Positions 43,721-53,686 are shown, counted from the first letter of the stretch. The stretch is DNA of 64,000 bases from Myxococcota bacterium (GCA_965223705.1 OZ245015.1:1024001-1088000), one strand, 5' to 3'. The notes: a model not told the origin generated them from the letters alone. Numbers and translations are program-made.

Positions 43721-44842
43721 GTGACTGCTCTGCATCCCCAGTTCGGGCACTGGCTGCTCGCGTCGTTGCGTTCCGGTCTGCTCGCGATCGACGCCTCGGG
43801 CCACTTGTTGGAAATGAATCCCGACGCCGCTCGCATCGTGTTCGGTTGCGGAAGCGCGGCGTCCGACGATTTCACCACGCACCTGATCGGTAAACACTGT
43901 CAAAAGGCGCTGGCCAGTCAGCCGGCGATCGCGGATCTGCTTCTCGGTGCCCTCGACGGACGAGAACCGCCGAGTCGCGCGGAGCTTAGGCTCGAAGCGA
44001 ACGGCGGCGCGGCGCCGGCGAGCATCGGGTACACGCTCACCCGAGTCCGCGACGAAGAAGGGCGCCTCCAGGGCGCAGCGATGCAGTTCCGCGATCTCAC
44101 GCCTTACGAGCGCGCCGACGAACAGGAGCGATTGCGGGAGCGCCTCGCCGCACTCGGGCAGATGGCGGCGGGCGTCGCACACGAGCTCCGCAATCCGTTG
44201 GCGAGCACCGAGATCTTGGTGGGCCTCCTGGCCCGGGAGGTCGACGACGGTGAGCCCGCCACCTTGGTCGAGGAACTGCGCGGCGAACTCCGACGGATGG
44301 CGGGGATCATCGATGCGAGCTTGTCCTTCGTGCGTACCGAAGCGCCGCGTTGGGAGCGCGAAGACCCGGCCGCGCTCATCCGCGCCGCGGTCGACGACGT
44401 GCGCGGAAGAGTTCCTTCGGGCGTTGCGGTCGAGTGCGCGCTCGGCGATCTGCCGCGGCATGTCGCCCTCGATCGCGAGAAGCTCGAATCGGTCCTGGTG
44501 AACCTCATCCAGAACGCGTGCCAAGCGCTCGCGGGTGAGCCGGCGATCGACGAACCGCGCGTCGTCGTCCGCGGCGAGGTCGAAGGCGATCGGCAACGAG
44601 AGCTCGTCGTGCGCGTCTCCGACAACGGCCCGGGCATTCCCGACAGCCTCCGCGAGCGGATCTTCTATCCCTTCTTCACCACCCGCGAGTCCGGGTCCGG
44701 TGTCGGCCTGGCGCTCGCGCAAAAACTCGTCGCGGCCCACGGCGGCAGTCTCCTCCTCGAAAAGGCCACCGGCGGCGCCTGCTTTGCGATCCATCTGCCG
44801 CTCCGGTCCGAGGCGCCGAGCCTCTCGGAGGCATCGGCATGA
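43721..44842 (+). CDS. Cytoplasmic PAS-domain sensor histidine kinase
   Basis: PAS-like N-terminus, H-box AHELRNPL, N-box NLIQNA, DNGPGI, FYPFFTT, GVGLA. Confidence 0.93.
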   Translation: MTALHPQFGHWLLASLRSGLLAIDASGHLLEMNPDAARIVFGCGSAASDDFTTHLIGKHCQKALASQPAIADLLLGALDGREPPSRAELRLEANGGAAPASIGYTLTRVRDEEGRLQGAAMQFRDLTPYERADEQERLRERLAALGQMAAGVAHELRNPLASTEILVGLLAREVDDGEPATLVEELRGELRRMAGIIDASLSFVRTEAPRWEREDPAALIRAAVDDVRGRVPSGVAVECALGDLPRHVALDREKLESVLVNLIQNACQALAGEPAIDEPRVVVRGEVEGDRQRELVVRVSDNGPGIPDSLRERIFYPFFTTRESGSGVGLALAQKLVAAHGGSLLLEKATGGACFAIHLPLRSEAPSLSEASA

Positions 44843-46251
44843 GCGTCGGGCACGCGCGGGCCGCCCGCGTTCTCGTCGTCGAAGACAACGGCGCGCTCCG
44901 GCGCGGCATCATCCGCGCTTTGGCGCCCCGTATCGCCACCGTCGACGGTTGTGAGGACGGCGCGGAAGCGGTGGAACGCATCCGCGACACCGGGTTCGAA
45001 CCCTACGACGTGGTGGTGACGGATTTGCGGTTGCCGGGTGCGGACGGGTTCGCGGTGCTGCGCGCCGCGTCGGAACGGAGCCGCAGCACGGCGGTACTCC
45101 TGATGACGGCCCACGGCAATATCGACAGCGCAGTGCGCGCGATGCAGGAAGGCGCCTTCGACTTCCTACAGAAACCTTTCGAGCTCGAGGCGCTCGAGGT
45201 CCGGGTCGAACGGGCGCTCGAGCACGTAGAGCTGGTGGGCGAAGTCGCATCGCTGCGCCTCGCCCGAGCCGAGCGCGCGGGGATGGGATTTGTCGGCGAG
45301 AGCCCCGAGCTCGCCGAGGCGCTGGCTCTGGCCCGCCGTGTCGCACCGACGCGGAGCACGGTGCTCGTCACGGGAGAGACCGGGACCGGCAAGGAAATGG
45401 TCGCGAGCCTCGTGCACGCGCTCTCGCCGCGCGCCGCCGAGCCGCTGGTCAAGGTGAACTGCGCGGCGCTCCCGGAGACGCTGCTCGAATCGGAGCTCTT
45501 CGGTCACGAACGGGGCGCGTTCACCGGCGCCGACCGCCGACGCGTCGGTCGCTTCGAGCAAGCGGACGGCGGCACGCTCTTTCTGGACGAGATCGGCGAG
45601 ATGTCGCCGGCCACCCAGGCGAAGCTGCTGCGCGTCCTCCAGGATCGAGAGTTCCACCGGTTGGGCGGCGGCGAGGTGCTGCGCACTGATGTACGCATCG
45701 TCGCGGCGACGAACGTCGATCTCGAGGACGCCGTCGCCCGCGGTCATTTCCGCGAGGATCTCTACTTCCGCCTGAACGTGATCCGCGTCCATCTACCCCC
45801 GCTGCGAGAGCGGGCCGGAGACACCTTGCTTCTGGCCAACCACTTTCTCTCGGGCTTCGAGCAGGAGCTCGGGCGTCCCGGGCTGTTTCTCGATCCCGAA
45901 GCCGAACGGCGCATCGTCGGCCACGCCTGGCCCGGCAACGCGCGAGAGCTCCGCAACGTGATCGAACGAGCCGTGCTTCTCGCAGACGGCTCACGGATCG
46001 GTCCCGAGCACCTGGGATTGTCGGGCACCGGCGGCACGTCGGAAGGCGCCTGGCGGCCACAACTGCCGGCATCGGGGCTCGCGATGAGCGCGATCGAACA
46101 CGCCGTCGTGACGGAAGCGCTCGAACGAACCGGCTTCGTACAAAAAGAAGCGGCCGCGCTGCTCTCCGTCAGCCGACGCAAGCTCAACTACATGATTCAG
46201 CGCATGGGAATCACACATCCTTCATGGCGCCGTAATCGAGAAGACAGCTAG
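44839..46251 (+). CDS. Sigma54-dependent response regulator (NtrC family)
   Basis: REC (VVED, VVTDLRLP, KP), GETGTGKE, GHERGAFTGA, WPGNAREL, HTH. Confidence 0.95.
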   Translation: MSVGHARAARVLVVEDNGALRRGIIRALAPRIATVDGCEDGAEAVERIRDTGFEPYDVVVTDLRLPGADGFAVLRAASERSRSTAVLLMTAHGNIDSAVRAMQEGAFDFLQKPFELEALEVRVERALEHVELVGEVASLRLARAERAGMGFVGESPELAEALALARRVAPTRSTVLVTGETGTGKEMVASLVHALSPRAAEPLVKVNCAALPETLLESELFGHERGAFTGADRRRVGRFEQADGGTLFLDEIGEMSPATQAKLLRVLQDREFHRLGGGEVLRTDVRIVAATNVDLEDAVARGHFREDLYFRLNVIRVHLPPLRERAGDTLLLANHFLSGFEQELGRPGLFLDPEAERRIVGHAWPGNARELRNVIERAVLLADGSRIGPEHLGLSGTGGTSEGAWRPQLPASGLAMSAIEHAVVTEALERTGFVQKEAAALLSVSRRKLNYMIQRMGITHPSWRRNREDS

Positions 46252-46279
46252 TTTTCTGCAGTCTCGAAGGGAACTTCCA

Positions 46280-48760
46280 ATGAAACGATTGATCCGCAAC
46301 GTCCTCGCCATAACCGCCGTCGCTCTCCTCGCACTGGCATGCCAAGACGACGCCGCCAAGCTGGGCGAGCACAAAGAACGCGGGCAGGGCTACCTCGACG
46401 AAGAGCAGTTCTCCGAGGCCGTGATCGAATACCGAAGCGCGCTGCAGATCGATCCCAACGATGCCGCGGCTCACTACGGACTTGCGAAGGCCTATCTCGG
46501 CCAGAAGCAACCTCGAAAAGCGTACTGGGAGCTTCAAGAGACCGTTCGCCTCGACGACAGCAACATCGAAGCCAAGATCGAGTACGCGCAGTTCTTGCTC
46601 TTCGGCAAAGAAGACGAGTTGGGTCAGGCGGTCGAACTGACCGACGAGGTCCTCGCCGCCGAACCGGATCGCTGGCAGGCCGACGTTCTGAAGGGCCGCG
46701 CGCTCCAGGCGCTCCGGCGCCCCGACGAGGCCCTGGCGTCCTACCAGGCCGCCGCCGACAAGGCGCCGGACGAGGGCGGGCCCCTCCTCCTGCTCGCGAA
46801 TTTTTACCGAGAGCGCGGAGACCGAGAATCCGCGGAGCCGCTCTTCAAGCAGCTCACCGAGGTCGAGCCCGGGTTTCCCGCGCAGACGGCATTGGCGAGT
46901 TTTCTCGCGGTGGACCGGACGCGAGACGGCGAGACCGAAGCGGCTTACCGCAAAGGCCTGGATCTCGCCGAAACCGACGAGCGCGTTACCGCGTATTCCG
47001 TCCTCGCGAACTTCCTCATTTCGCGAGATCGGGCAGACGAAGCGGAGGCGCTCCTGCGCGACGGCGTCGAGAGCGAAGACAATTCTCGCGAGCTCTCGTA
47101 TGCGCTCGCCCGGTTCTACAACGCGCGGGGTGAGTCCAAGAAAGCCGACGACATGATCGCCGAGGCCGCGAACGCCGATCCGACGGACCCGGATCCGTAT
47201 CTCGTCCTGTCGGCGTACCGGGGGAAGCGCGGCGACGCCGCCGGTGCACTCGCCGCGGTCGAGCAAGCGCTCAAGGCGAAGCCCGACCACACGCCCGCGA
47301 AGCTGCGCAAGGCCGAGCTCCTCATCGACTCCGGTTTCCGCGACGGCGATCCCGACTCGACGGTCGCGGGCCGAACGATTTTGGATGCCGTCATCTCGCA
47401 GGAGCCTTCGAACGCCCAGGCGCTCTTGGTGAGTGGGAAGCTCGCGCTTTCGGAGCGCCGCTTTGACGACGCGGAACGCAACTTGCGCCAGGCCATCGAC
47501 CAGCGCCCGGACTGGCCCCAGGCGCACTTCCTGCTGGGATCGACGCTCTTCCTGCAACGAGATTTCCTCGCGGCGAGAGCGGAAGTCACGCGGGCGATCG
47601 AACTCGATGCGAACTTCACCGAGGCCGAGCGCGTGCTCGCGCGCATCGAGGTCGCCCTCGGCGAAGACGAGCGCGCTGCGGAAATCGGCCAGCGCGCTCT
47701 CCGTCGCTCACCGGACGACGATCAGCTGCGGATCCTCGTGGCGCAGAGCCTGGTGCGGATGGGTCGCAAAGACGAAGGGCGCAGGATCATCGAAGCGATT
47801 CCGTCCGAGCGCCGCAACGCCGAGGCGCATTTCGCGCTCGGTCGTATCGCGTCCCTCGACGGCGACAAAGCCGAAGCGCGCGAGCACTTCGAGGCGGGAC
47901 ACCGGGTCGACAGCACGCGCTACGAGCTGCTGCGCGCGCTCCTCGATTTGGACATCGCCGAAAAGCGCATCGAGGAATCGGCGGAGCGGATTCGCGCCGC
48001 GGTTCGGGCCCGCCCCGAAGATTCCCAGCTGACCGGCCTGCAGGGCGAGGTGCTGCTCTACACCGGCGACCCCGACGCTTCCGAGGAAGCCTTCCGGCGC
48101 GCCATCCAGCTCAACCCGAACGACTTGAACGCGTACTCGAATCTGGCTCGCTATCTCGTCGCAACGGGGCGGCCGAAGGAAGTTCTCAAGAACTACGAAT
48201 CGGCCCTCGCGCAAAACCCCGATTCCGGTGTCCTCAACCTGATCGTCGGTTCACTGCACGAAATCCACTCGGAGCCCGACAAGGCCATCGCCGCTTACGA
48301 ACGTGCGGTGAAGCTCGATCCGAACCTCGCGGTGGCCAAGAACAACCTCGCGTACCTGCTCGCCGAGAAGGGCGACGATCTCGAGCGCGCGCTCGAGCTG
48401 GCTCAGGAAGCGCGCGAGGCGCTGCCGGACAACCCGAATGCCGCCGATACCTTGGGATGGGTTCTGCTCAAGAAAGATCTCGCGGGCGCCGCCGTGGGTT
48501 ATCTCCGCGAAGCCGAACGCGGCATGCCGAGCGAAGATCCGAACACGGGCATCGTGCGCCATCACTTGGCGCTCGCCTTGGAAGCGAACGGTGAGCCCGA
48601 GGCCGCCCGAGAGGTCCTCGCGAAGGCGATTTCCGAAATCGAGCGTTTGACCCTCAACGGGGATCGCAAACGCCCTGAGCCGAGTTTTGCGAAGGATCTC
48701 CGCAGCATGCTCGACCGCCTCGGAGGGCCTCCCTCGGACACCGCGGACGCCGATGGGTAG
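46280..48760 (+). CDS. TPR-repeat lipoprotein (PrsT-like)
   Basis: Lipobox LALAC, many TPRs, C-terminal AKNNLAYLLA...ADTLGWV typical of PrsT-like proteins. Confidence 0.8.
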   Translation: MKRLIRNVLAITAVALLALACQDDAAKLGEHKERGQGYLDEEQFSEAVIEYRSALQIDPNDAAAHYGLAKAYLGQKQPRKAYWELQETVRLDDSNIEAKIEYAQFLLFGKEDELGQAVELTDEVLAAEPDRWQADVLKGRALQALRRPDEALASYQAAADKAPDEGGPLLLLANFYRERGDRESAEPLFKQLTEVEPGFPAQTALASFLAVDRTRDGETEAAYRKGLDLAETDERVTAYSVLANFLISRDRADEAEALLRDGVESEDNSRELSYALARFYNARGESKKADDMIAEAANADPTDPDPYLVLSAYRGKRGDAAGALAAVEQALKAKPDHTPAKLRKAELLIDSGFRDGDPDSTVAGRTILDAVISQEPSNAQALLVSGKLALSERRFDDAERNLRQAIDQRPDWPQAHFLLGSTLFLQRDFLAARAEVTRAIELDANFTEAERVLARIEVALGEDERAAEIGQRALRRSPDDDQLRILVAQSLVRMGRKDEGRRIIEAIPSERRNAEAHFALGRIASLDGDKAEAREHFEAGHRVDSTRYELLRALLDLDIAEKRIEESAERIRAAVRARPEDSQLTGLQGEVLLYTGDPDASEEAFRRAIQLNPNDLNAYSNLARYLVATGRPKEVLKNYESALAQNPDSGVLNLIVGSLHEIHSEPDKAIAAYERAVKLDPNLAVAKNNLAYLLAEKGDDLERALELAQEAREALPDNPNAADTLGWVLLKKDLAGAAVGYLREAERGMPSEDPNTGIVRHHLALALEANGEPEAAREVLAKAISEIERLTLNGDRKRPEPSFAKDLRSMLDRLGGPPSDTADADG

Positions 48761-48785
48761 TCGAGCCCGGCCGGCCCGGAGCGCG

Positions 48786-48813
48786 TAAAGCCGAACCCCC
48801 GGAAGGCCGATGA
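48786..48813 (+). promoter_or_regulatory. Putative sigma28-type promoter for the tsaP-like gene
   Basis: TAAA-N16-GCCGATGA, near-consensus. Confidence 0.65.
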
Positions 48814-48855
48814 CATCCCGGCAACGCCGCGCAGTCGCGGCGCCGGGAGGAACTT

Positions 48856-50193
48856 ATGCGCTTCGCCCACGGTTTTAGCTTGTTGTTGTGTGCGGGCCTG
48901 TGGATCGGTGCTGCCGGGACGGCCTACGGCCAGTCCGCAACCCCGAACCCCGACACTGCGCCGACGGCGGATCCGGAGGCTATGGAAGGCACGGCTCCGG
49001 CGAATCCGGACGCCGGTCCCCTGAGCCAGGGTTTCGACGCGTTCCCGCGCCCGAGCGAGGCCGTGCCGGCGGAAGCCGACGAGACGGCTACTTCGGATGA
49101 GACCGAGTCGTCACAAGGCACTCCGCCGGCGACCGAAGAATCCACCGAGACTGAAACGGTGTCCGAGCCCGCGCCGTCGGGCGTTCAACTGGGCAAGCTC
49201 GGCTATGACGCTGCGGGCCAGCCCGGCCGCGTTCACGTCGTGGTGAAGGGCGACACCCTCTGGGACATCTCCGACGCGTATCTGGGGACGCCCTGGGTCT
49301 GGCCGTCGGTTTGGCTCGACAATCAGAACATCGCGAACCCGCATCTCATCAACCCCGGCGACCATATTTGGATCACGCCGAACGAAATGCGTCGCATCAC
49401 ACCGGAAGAGGCCGAGGCCTACTTGGCTGGAGGACCGGCGCCGGATCCCACCGACGACGTGCCCGCAGCGTTCGATGAGACGGTGAACGAGCCCGAAGTT
49501 CCGCTGCCGCCGGCATATCGGTACAGCGAGCTGCACACCACGGGCTTCACCACGAAAGAGCAGTTCGAAGGCGCGGCGACCATCGTCGACGCTCAGACGA
49601 CGAAAGTCTGGCTCTCCGACCCCGACCGCGTGCTCATCGGCTGGGGCCGTGGAGAGACCCAGGTGGGTGACCGGTACGCGATCGTTCGCCCGGGAGCGCG
49701 GATCGTCCATCGCCGGACGTATGAGACCTTGGGCTACGAGACCGAGATGCTCGGTTGGCTCGAGGTCAATGAAGTGCACGAGGACACGTCGACGGCGACG
49801 ATTCGGGTCTCGCGCCACGAGATTCGCCGCGGCGATCACATCATCCCTTGGGAAGAGCCCGACCGCGACATCACGCTGCAGCCGACGCCGCACGTCGACG
49901 GGAGCATCGTTCACATGCCGCACGGCCGCACCGAAGCCGGCAGCACGGACGTCGTGTTTCTCGATCGCGGACGTGAGGACGGTCTGGTCGCCGGAAGCCC
50001 CCTCGAGGTGTACCGCCCGATGGATCCGGCTCTCGACGAGATCCGCATGAAGAAAATGAACCTGCCCGATCACGTCGTGGCGAAGCTTCTCGTGGTGTCC
50101 GTGAACCCGAAGACCGCGGTCGCTGTCGTGACGCACACGGAAGACGACCTCACGAAGGGAGACCGCTTCCGCGGAAGCAACTCCCTGCGTTAG
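48856..50193 (+). CDS. LysM peptidoglycan-binding protein, TsaP-like
   Basis: Signal peptide, acidic/Pro linker, VVKGDTLWDIS..YLGTPWVWPSVW..N..IANPHLINPGD; directly upstream of dprA, as tsaP usually is. Confidence 0.82.
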   Translation: MRFAHGFSLLLCAGLWIGAAGTAYGQSATPNPDTAPTADPEAMEGTAPANPDAGPLSQGFDAFPRPSEAVPAEADETATSDETESSQGTPPATEESTETETVSEPAPSGVQLGKLGYDAAGQPGRVHVVVKGDTLWDISDAYLGTPWVWPSVWLDNQNIANPHLINPGDHIWITPNEMRRITPEEAEAYLAGGPAPDPTDDVPAAFDETVNEPEVPLPPAYRYSELHTTGFTTKEQFEGAATIVDAQTTKVWLSDPDRVLIGWGRGETQVGDRYAIVRPGARIVHRRTYETLGYETEMLGWLEVNEVHEDTSTATIRVSRHEIRRGDHIIPWEEPDRDITLQPTPHVDGSIVHMPHGRTEAGSTDVVFLDRGREDGLVAGSPLEVYRPMDPALDEIRMKKMNLPDHVVAKLLVVSVNPKTAVAVVTHTEDDLTKGDRFRGSNSLR

Positions 50194-50259
50194 GCACGGG
50201 CCTGCGGAAGCAACTCCCTGCGTTAGGCACGGGCCTGCGGAAGCAATTCCCTGCGCTAG
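50171..50259. repeat. 33-bp tandem repeat (about 2.7 copies) spanning the LysM gene stop
   Basis: GCGGAAGCAACTCCCTGCGTTAGGCACGGGCCT at 50171 and 50204; partial degenerate copy at 50237. Confidence 0.92.
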
Positions 50260-50263
50260 CTTC

Positions 50264-50287
50264 GACATCCCCGGTCCCGGGGATGTC
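50264..50287. repeat. Perfect 11-bp inverted repeat just upstream of dprA
   Basis: GACATCCCCGG-TC-CCGGGGATGTC, ending 5 nt before the ATG. Confidence 0.8.
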
Positions 50288-50292
50288 TCCCT

Positions 50293-51345
50293 ATGCTCGA
50301 CCCGAGCGACGCGCGCGCGGACGTGCGCGCCGAGATCGCATTGTGGCTGTCCCTCCATCAAAGCCTGGCCTACCGGCCTGAGCTCGCCGAAGCCCGGCTC
50401 GCTGAAGGTGGTCCCGACGACTTGCTTCACGCGTTCGAACTCGAGCCGCTTCGCGGAGCGGTTTTCGAGCGGTCCCTACGCGCCCTCGAATCGATCGGAG
50501 CGCGGCTGCTACCGCGCACCGATTCGGCCTACCCCGGGCGCCTCGCGCGTTTGACCGACGCTCCGCCGCTTCTCTTTGTGCGAGGCGAGCCGCATTTCGA
50601 CGCGCCTGCGGTCGCGATCGTCGGTGCCCGCGCAGCGACGGTTTTCGGTCGCCGGTTCGCGCGAGATGTCGGCGCGTCGCTCGCGGCGGCGGGAGCGACG
50701 GTCATCTCGGGCTTGGCCCGAGGGATCGACGCGGCGGCACACACCGGCGCGCTCGAGGCCGGCGGGCGGAGCCTCGCGTTCCTCGGTTGTGGAATCGACC
50801 GAATCTATCCGCCGGAGCACGCTCGGCTCGCCGCGCAGCTCTGCGAACACGGCGCGGTGATTTCGGAGTTCCCAATCGGCGTTCCGCCGCGCGCGCCCCA
50901 CTTCCCGCTGCGCAACCGCTTGATCAGCGCGTGCGCGGACGCGGTGGTGGTCATCGAGGCGCGCCACAAGAGCGGTACGTTGGTGACGGCGCGTCACGCG
51001 CTGGATCAGGGTGTCGACGTCTGGGTCGCGCCCGGTCCGCTCTACGCGCCGAGCCACGCGGGCAGCAACGGACTCCTTCGCGACGGTGCGACAGCACTGG
51101 TCGATCCCGAAGATCTCGTGGCTGCACTTTCCCTGACACCCGGCGGAGTGCCCCGAGACGAAGCGACTTCGGACGCGGGCGAAGATCCCATCCTCCGCGC
51201 ACTTCGGGAAACGCCGCGGACACGGGATGAGCTCGCTCGGGCCGTGGGCGTGTCGACGGAGGCTCTGGGCGCCGCGTTGTTCGAGCTCGAGTTGTCCGGT
51301 CGGGTTTTCGAAGATCGGGACGGGCGCCTCTACGTCTCGACCTAG
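50293..51345 (+). CDS. dprA: DNA-processing protein DprA
   Basis: YPGRL...PPLLFVRG, VAIVGAR, ISGLARGIDAAAH, ISEFP, FPLRNRLIS, VIEA..KSGTLVTA. Confidence 0.95.
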   Translation: MLDPSDARADVRAEIALWLSLHQSLAYRPELAEARLAEGGPDDLLHAFELEPLRGAVFERSLRALESIGARLLPRTDSAYPGRLARLTDAPPLLFVRGEPHFDAPAVAIVGARAATVFGRRFARDVGASLAAAGATVISGLARGIDAAAHTGALEAGGRSLAFLGCGIDRIYPPEHARLAAQLCEHGAVISEFPIGVPPRAPHFPLRNRLISACADAVVVIEARHKSGTLVTARHALDQGVDVWVAPGPLYAPSHAGSNGLLRDGATALVDPEDLVAALSLTPGGVPRDEATSDAGEDPILRALRETPRTRDELARAVGVSTEALGAALFELELSGRVFEDRDGRLYVST

Positions 51346-51377
51346 CGCGAAGGCGTTTCGCTACCTTCCCCGGCCTC

Positions 51378-52739
51378 GTGGCAAACGAAGAACAATGCGA
51401 GGTGGCCGTCATCGGCGCCGGTCTGGCCGGGAGCGAGGCGGCGTTTCAGCTCGCTAAGCGCGGCCGTTCGGTCGCGCTGTATGAAATGCGCCCCACCGTC
51501 ACGTCCCCGGCGCACTTCACGCGAGAGTTTGCAGAGCTCGTCTGCAGCAATTCGCTGCGCTCGGATCAGCGAAGCAACGCCGTGGGGCTCCTCAAGGAAG
51601 AGATGCGTCGCGTGGGTTCGCTGGTGCTGGCCGAAGCCGATGCGCACGCGGTGCCGGCCGGGCGCGCCCTCGCGGTTGATCGCACGGAATTCTCCCGCGC
51701 GATCACCACGCGTCTCGAGGGCGACCCGAACGTCGACGTCCGGCGAGCGTGTGTCGAAGATCTCGAGGCGATGAGCGAGGCGTTCGGCGCCGTCGTGGTC
51801 GCCACCGGGCCGCTCACGGCGAGCGCGCTCGCGGACGACCTGCAGCGCCGCATCGGCGAGTCGTCCCTCTATTTCTACGACGCGATTTCGCCGCTGGTCT
51901 ACAGCGATTCACTGAACTACGACGTCATCTTTCGCGCGTCGCGCTACGACGAGGGTGAGGGCGACTATCTGAATGTCCCCCTCGACGAAGAGGCTTATCG
52001 CGCGCTGGTCGAAGGCCTCGTCGAAGCCGACCCGGTCCCACTCCATTCGTTCGAGAAGCGGCTTTTCTTCGAGGGGTGTCTGCCGGTCGAAGAGATGGCG
52101 CGGCGCGGTCCCGAAACCCTGGCCCACGGTCCTTTGAAGCCCGTCGGTCTCGACGATCCGCGCACCGGCCGAAGGCCCTACGCGGTCATTCAACTCCGCC
52201 AAGAAGACAAGCGCGGTGTGCTCTACAACATGGTCGGGTTTCAGACCAAGCTTCGGATCGGCGCGCAGCAAGAACTGTTGCGCGCTATTCCCGGGCTCGA
52301 AGACGCGCGCTTCGCCCGCTACGGCTCGGCTCATCGCAACACGTACGTCAATGCGCCTTGCTGCCTCGCGCCGGACCTTAGGCTCCGCGGGAGTCGCAAC
52401 GTGTTTCTCGCCGGTCAGATCACGGGCGTCGAGGGCTACGTCGAGTCCGCCGCCGTCGGTTTCCTCGCCGGGCTCTTCGCCGATGCATTTCTGCGGGGGA
52501 GCGCGACTCCCGAGCCTCCGCAGGAAACCGCGCACGCGGCGCTCCTCCGCCATTTACGGGAAGCGCCGCCGAAACGTTTCCAGCCGACGAACGTGACCTT
52601 CGGTTTGTTCCCGCCCCTCGACGCTTCGGAACGCGTGCGGGGACGGCGAGGTCAGGCGAAGCGCATCAAGCACGAACGGCTCGCGGAGCGGGCCCTGGCC
52701 GCGCTCGAGGCGGGGTGGCCCGAGGCCACGCGACCATGA
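51378..52739 (+). CDS. trmFO: tRNA (uracil-5-)-methyltransferase TrmFO (Gid)
   Basis: VIGAGLAGSEAA, AELVCSNSL, VPAGRALAVDR, FYDAISP, FEGCLPVE, YNMVGFQTKL, AGQITGVEGYVES. Confidence 0.96.
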   Translation: MANEEQCEVAVIGAGLAGSEAAFQLAKRGRSVALYEMRPTVTSPAHFTREFAELVCSNSLRSDQRSNAVGLLKEEMRRVGSLVLAEADAHAVPAGRALAVDRTEFSRAITTRLEGDPNVDVRRACVEDLEAMSEAFGAVVVATGPLTASALADDLQRRIGESSLYFYDAISPLVYSDSLNYDVIFRASRYDEGEGDYLNVPLDEEAYRALVEGLVEADPVPLHSFEKRLFFEGCLPVEEMARRGPETLAHGPLKPVGLDDPRTGRRPYAVIQLRQEDKRGVLYNMVGFQTKLRIGAQQELLRAIPGLEDARFARYGSAHRNTYVNAPCCLAPDLRLRGSRNVFLAGQITGVEGYVESAAVGFLAGLFADAFLRGSATPEPPQETAHAALLRHLREAPPKRFQPTNVTFGLFPPLDASERVRGRRGQAKRIKHERLAERALAALEAGWPEATRP

Positions 52740-53686
52740 CCGGCTTCGCGACCGCACTCCTCCGGTTCGAACGCCACCTCGAGAGCGAACGCGGCGCGTC
52801 CGCGCACACGCTTCGCGCTTATCTCGGCGATCTGCACGGGTTCGCCGAGTTTCTCGCAACGAGTTCGAAGCTCGATCCGTGCGAAGCGGAGACGATGGAC
52901 GTGCGTCGTTTCCTCGCATCGCTCCACGGCACGCTGTCCGCCGCGAGCATCGCGCGCAAGTTGTCCTCGCTACGCACGTTTTTCCGGTTCCTCGTCGCCG
53001 ACGGTGCGCGCGAAGCCGATCCCACGGCGGGAATCCCCGCGCCGCGAACGCCGCGTCGGCTTCCCCGTCCACTCGGCGTCGACGAGTGCAACGCGCTGAT
53101 GGAAGGGGCACAGGAAAAAGGTAGGACCCGCGAGCGCCGGGGAGATCGCGGCGCCGCGCGCGACCGCGCCCTCTTGGAATTGCTCTACGGTGCGGGCCTT
53201 CGTGTCGCGGAGGCCTGCGCGCTCGATATTCGCGACGTAGCGCTCGGTGCGACGGAAGTGCGCGTGTGGGGCAAGGGCGATAAAGAGCGCATCGTTCCAC
53301 TTCCCGCGGCAACGCGAGAAGCGATTGCCGATTATCTCGAAGAGCGGCGCCGGCCGGGGAGTCTCGGCGAACCGCTGTTCGTCGCGCTTCGCGCGGCCCC
53401 GGGGGAGAAGCCGCGTCGTCTCGATCCCCGCGACGTGCGACGGATCCTTCGCAAACGCGCTGCGGCAGTGGGGGTAGCCGGTGGCGTGCATCCGCATCGG
53501 CTGCGCCATAGCTACGCGACCCACCTCCTCGATATGGGTGCCGATCTTCGGGAAATCCAAGAACTCCTGGGACACGCGAGTCTTTCCACCACGCAGAAAT
53601 ACACCGCGGTCTCGACGACGAAATTGCTCGAGGCCTACGACAAGGCGCATCCGCGCGCGCGCAAATCGCGCCGTCGGGAGCCTTAG
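52736..53686 (+). CDS. xerC: Tyrosine recombinase XerC
   Basis: RKLSSLRTFFRF, RDRALLELLYGAGLRVAE, GKGDKERIVP, HPHRLRHSYATHLL, QELLGHASLSTTQKYT; trmFO-xerC-hslV synteny. Confidence 0.9.
   Translation: MTGFATALLRFERHLESERGASAHTLRAYLGDLHGFAEFLATSSKLDPCEAETMDVRRFLASLHGTLSAASIARKLSSLRTFFRFLVADGAREADPTAGIPAPRTPRRLPRPLGVDECNALMEGAQEKGRTRERRGDRGAARDRALLELLYGAGLRVAEACALDIRDVALGATEVRVWGKGDKERIVPLPAATREAIADYLEERRRPGSLGEPLFVALRAAPGEKPRRLDPRDVRRILRKRAAAVGVAGGVHPHRLRHSYATHLLDMGADLREIQELLGHASLSTTQKYTAVSTTKLLEAYDKAHPRARKSRRREP

Noticed and set aside
30040..48855. Sigma54 -24/-12 promoters for the two enhancer-binding proteins
   Set aside because: No convincing TGGC-N7-TTGC found by eye in the intergenic regions examined (e.g. 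TGGCAC at 42874 lacks the -12 box).
50171..50259. Possible mini-CRISPR
   Set aside because: Units are contiguous with identical intervening sequence (no unique spacers), and no cas genes are present.
52736..53686. Tyrosine recombinase as an island integrase or invertase
   Set aside because: Sequence and trmFO-xerC-hslVU context indicate chromosomal XerC; no att sites or inverted repeats were seen around island genes.
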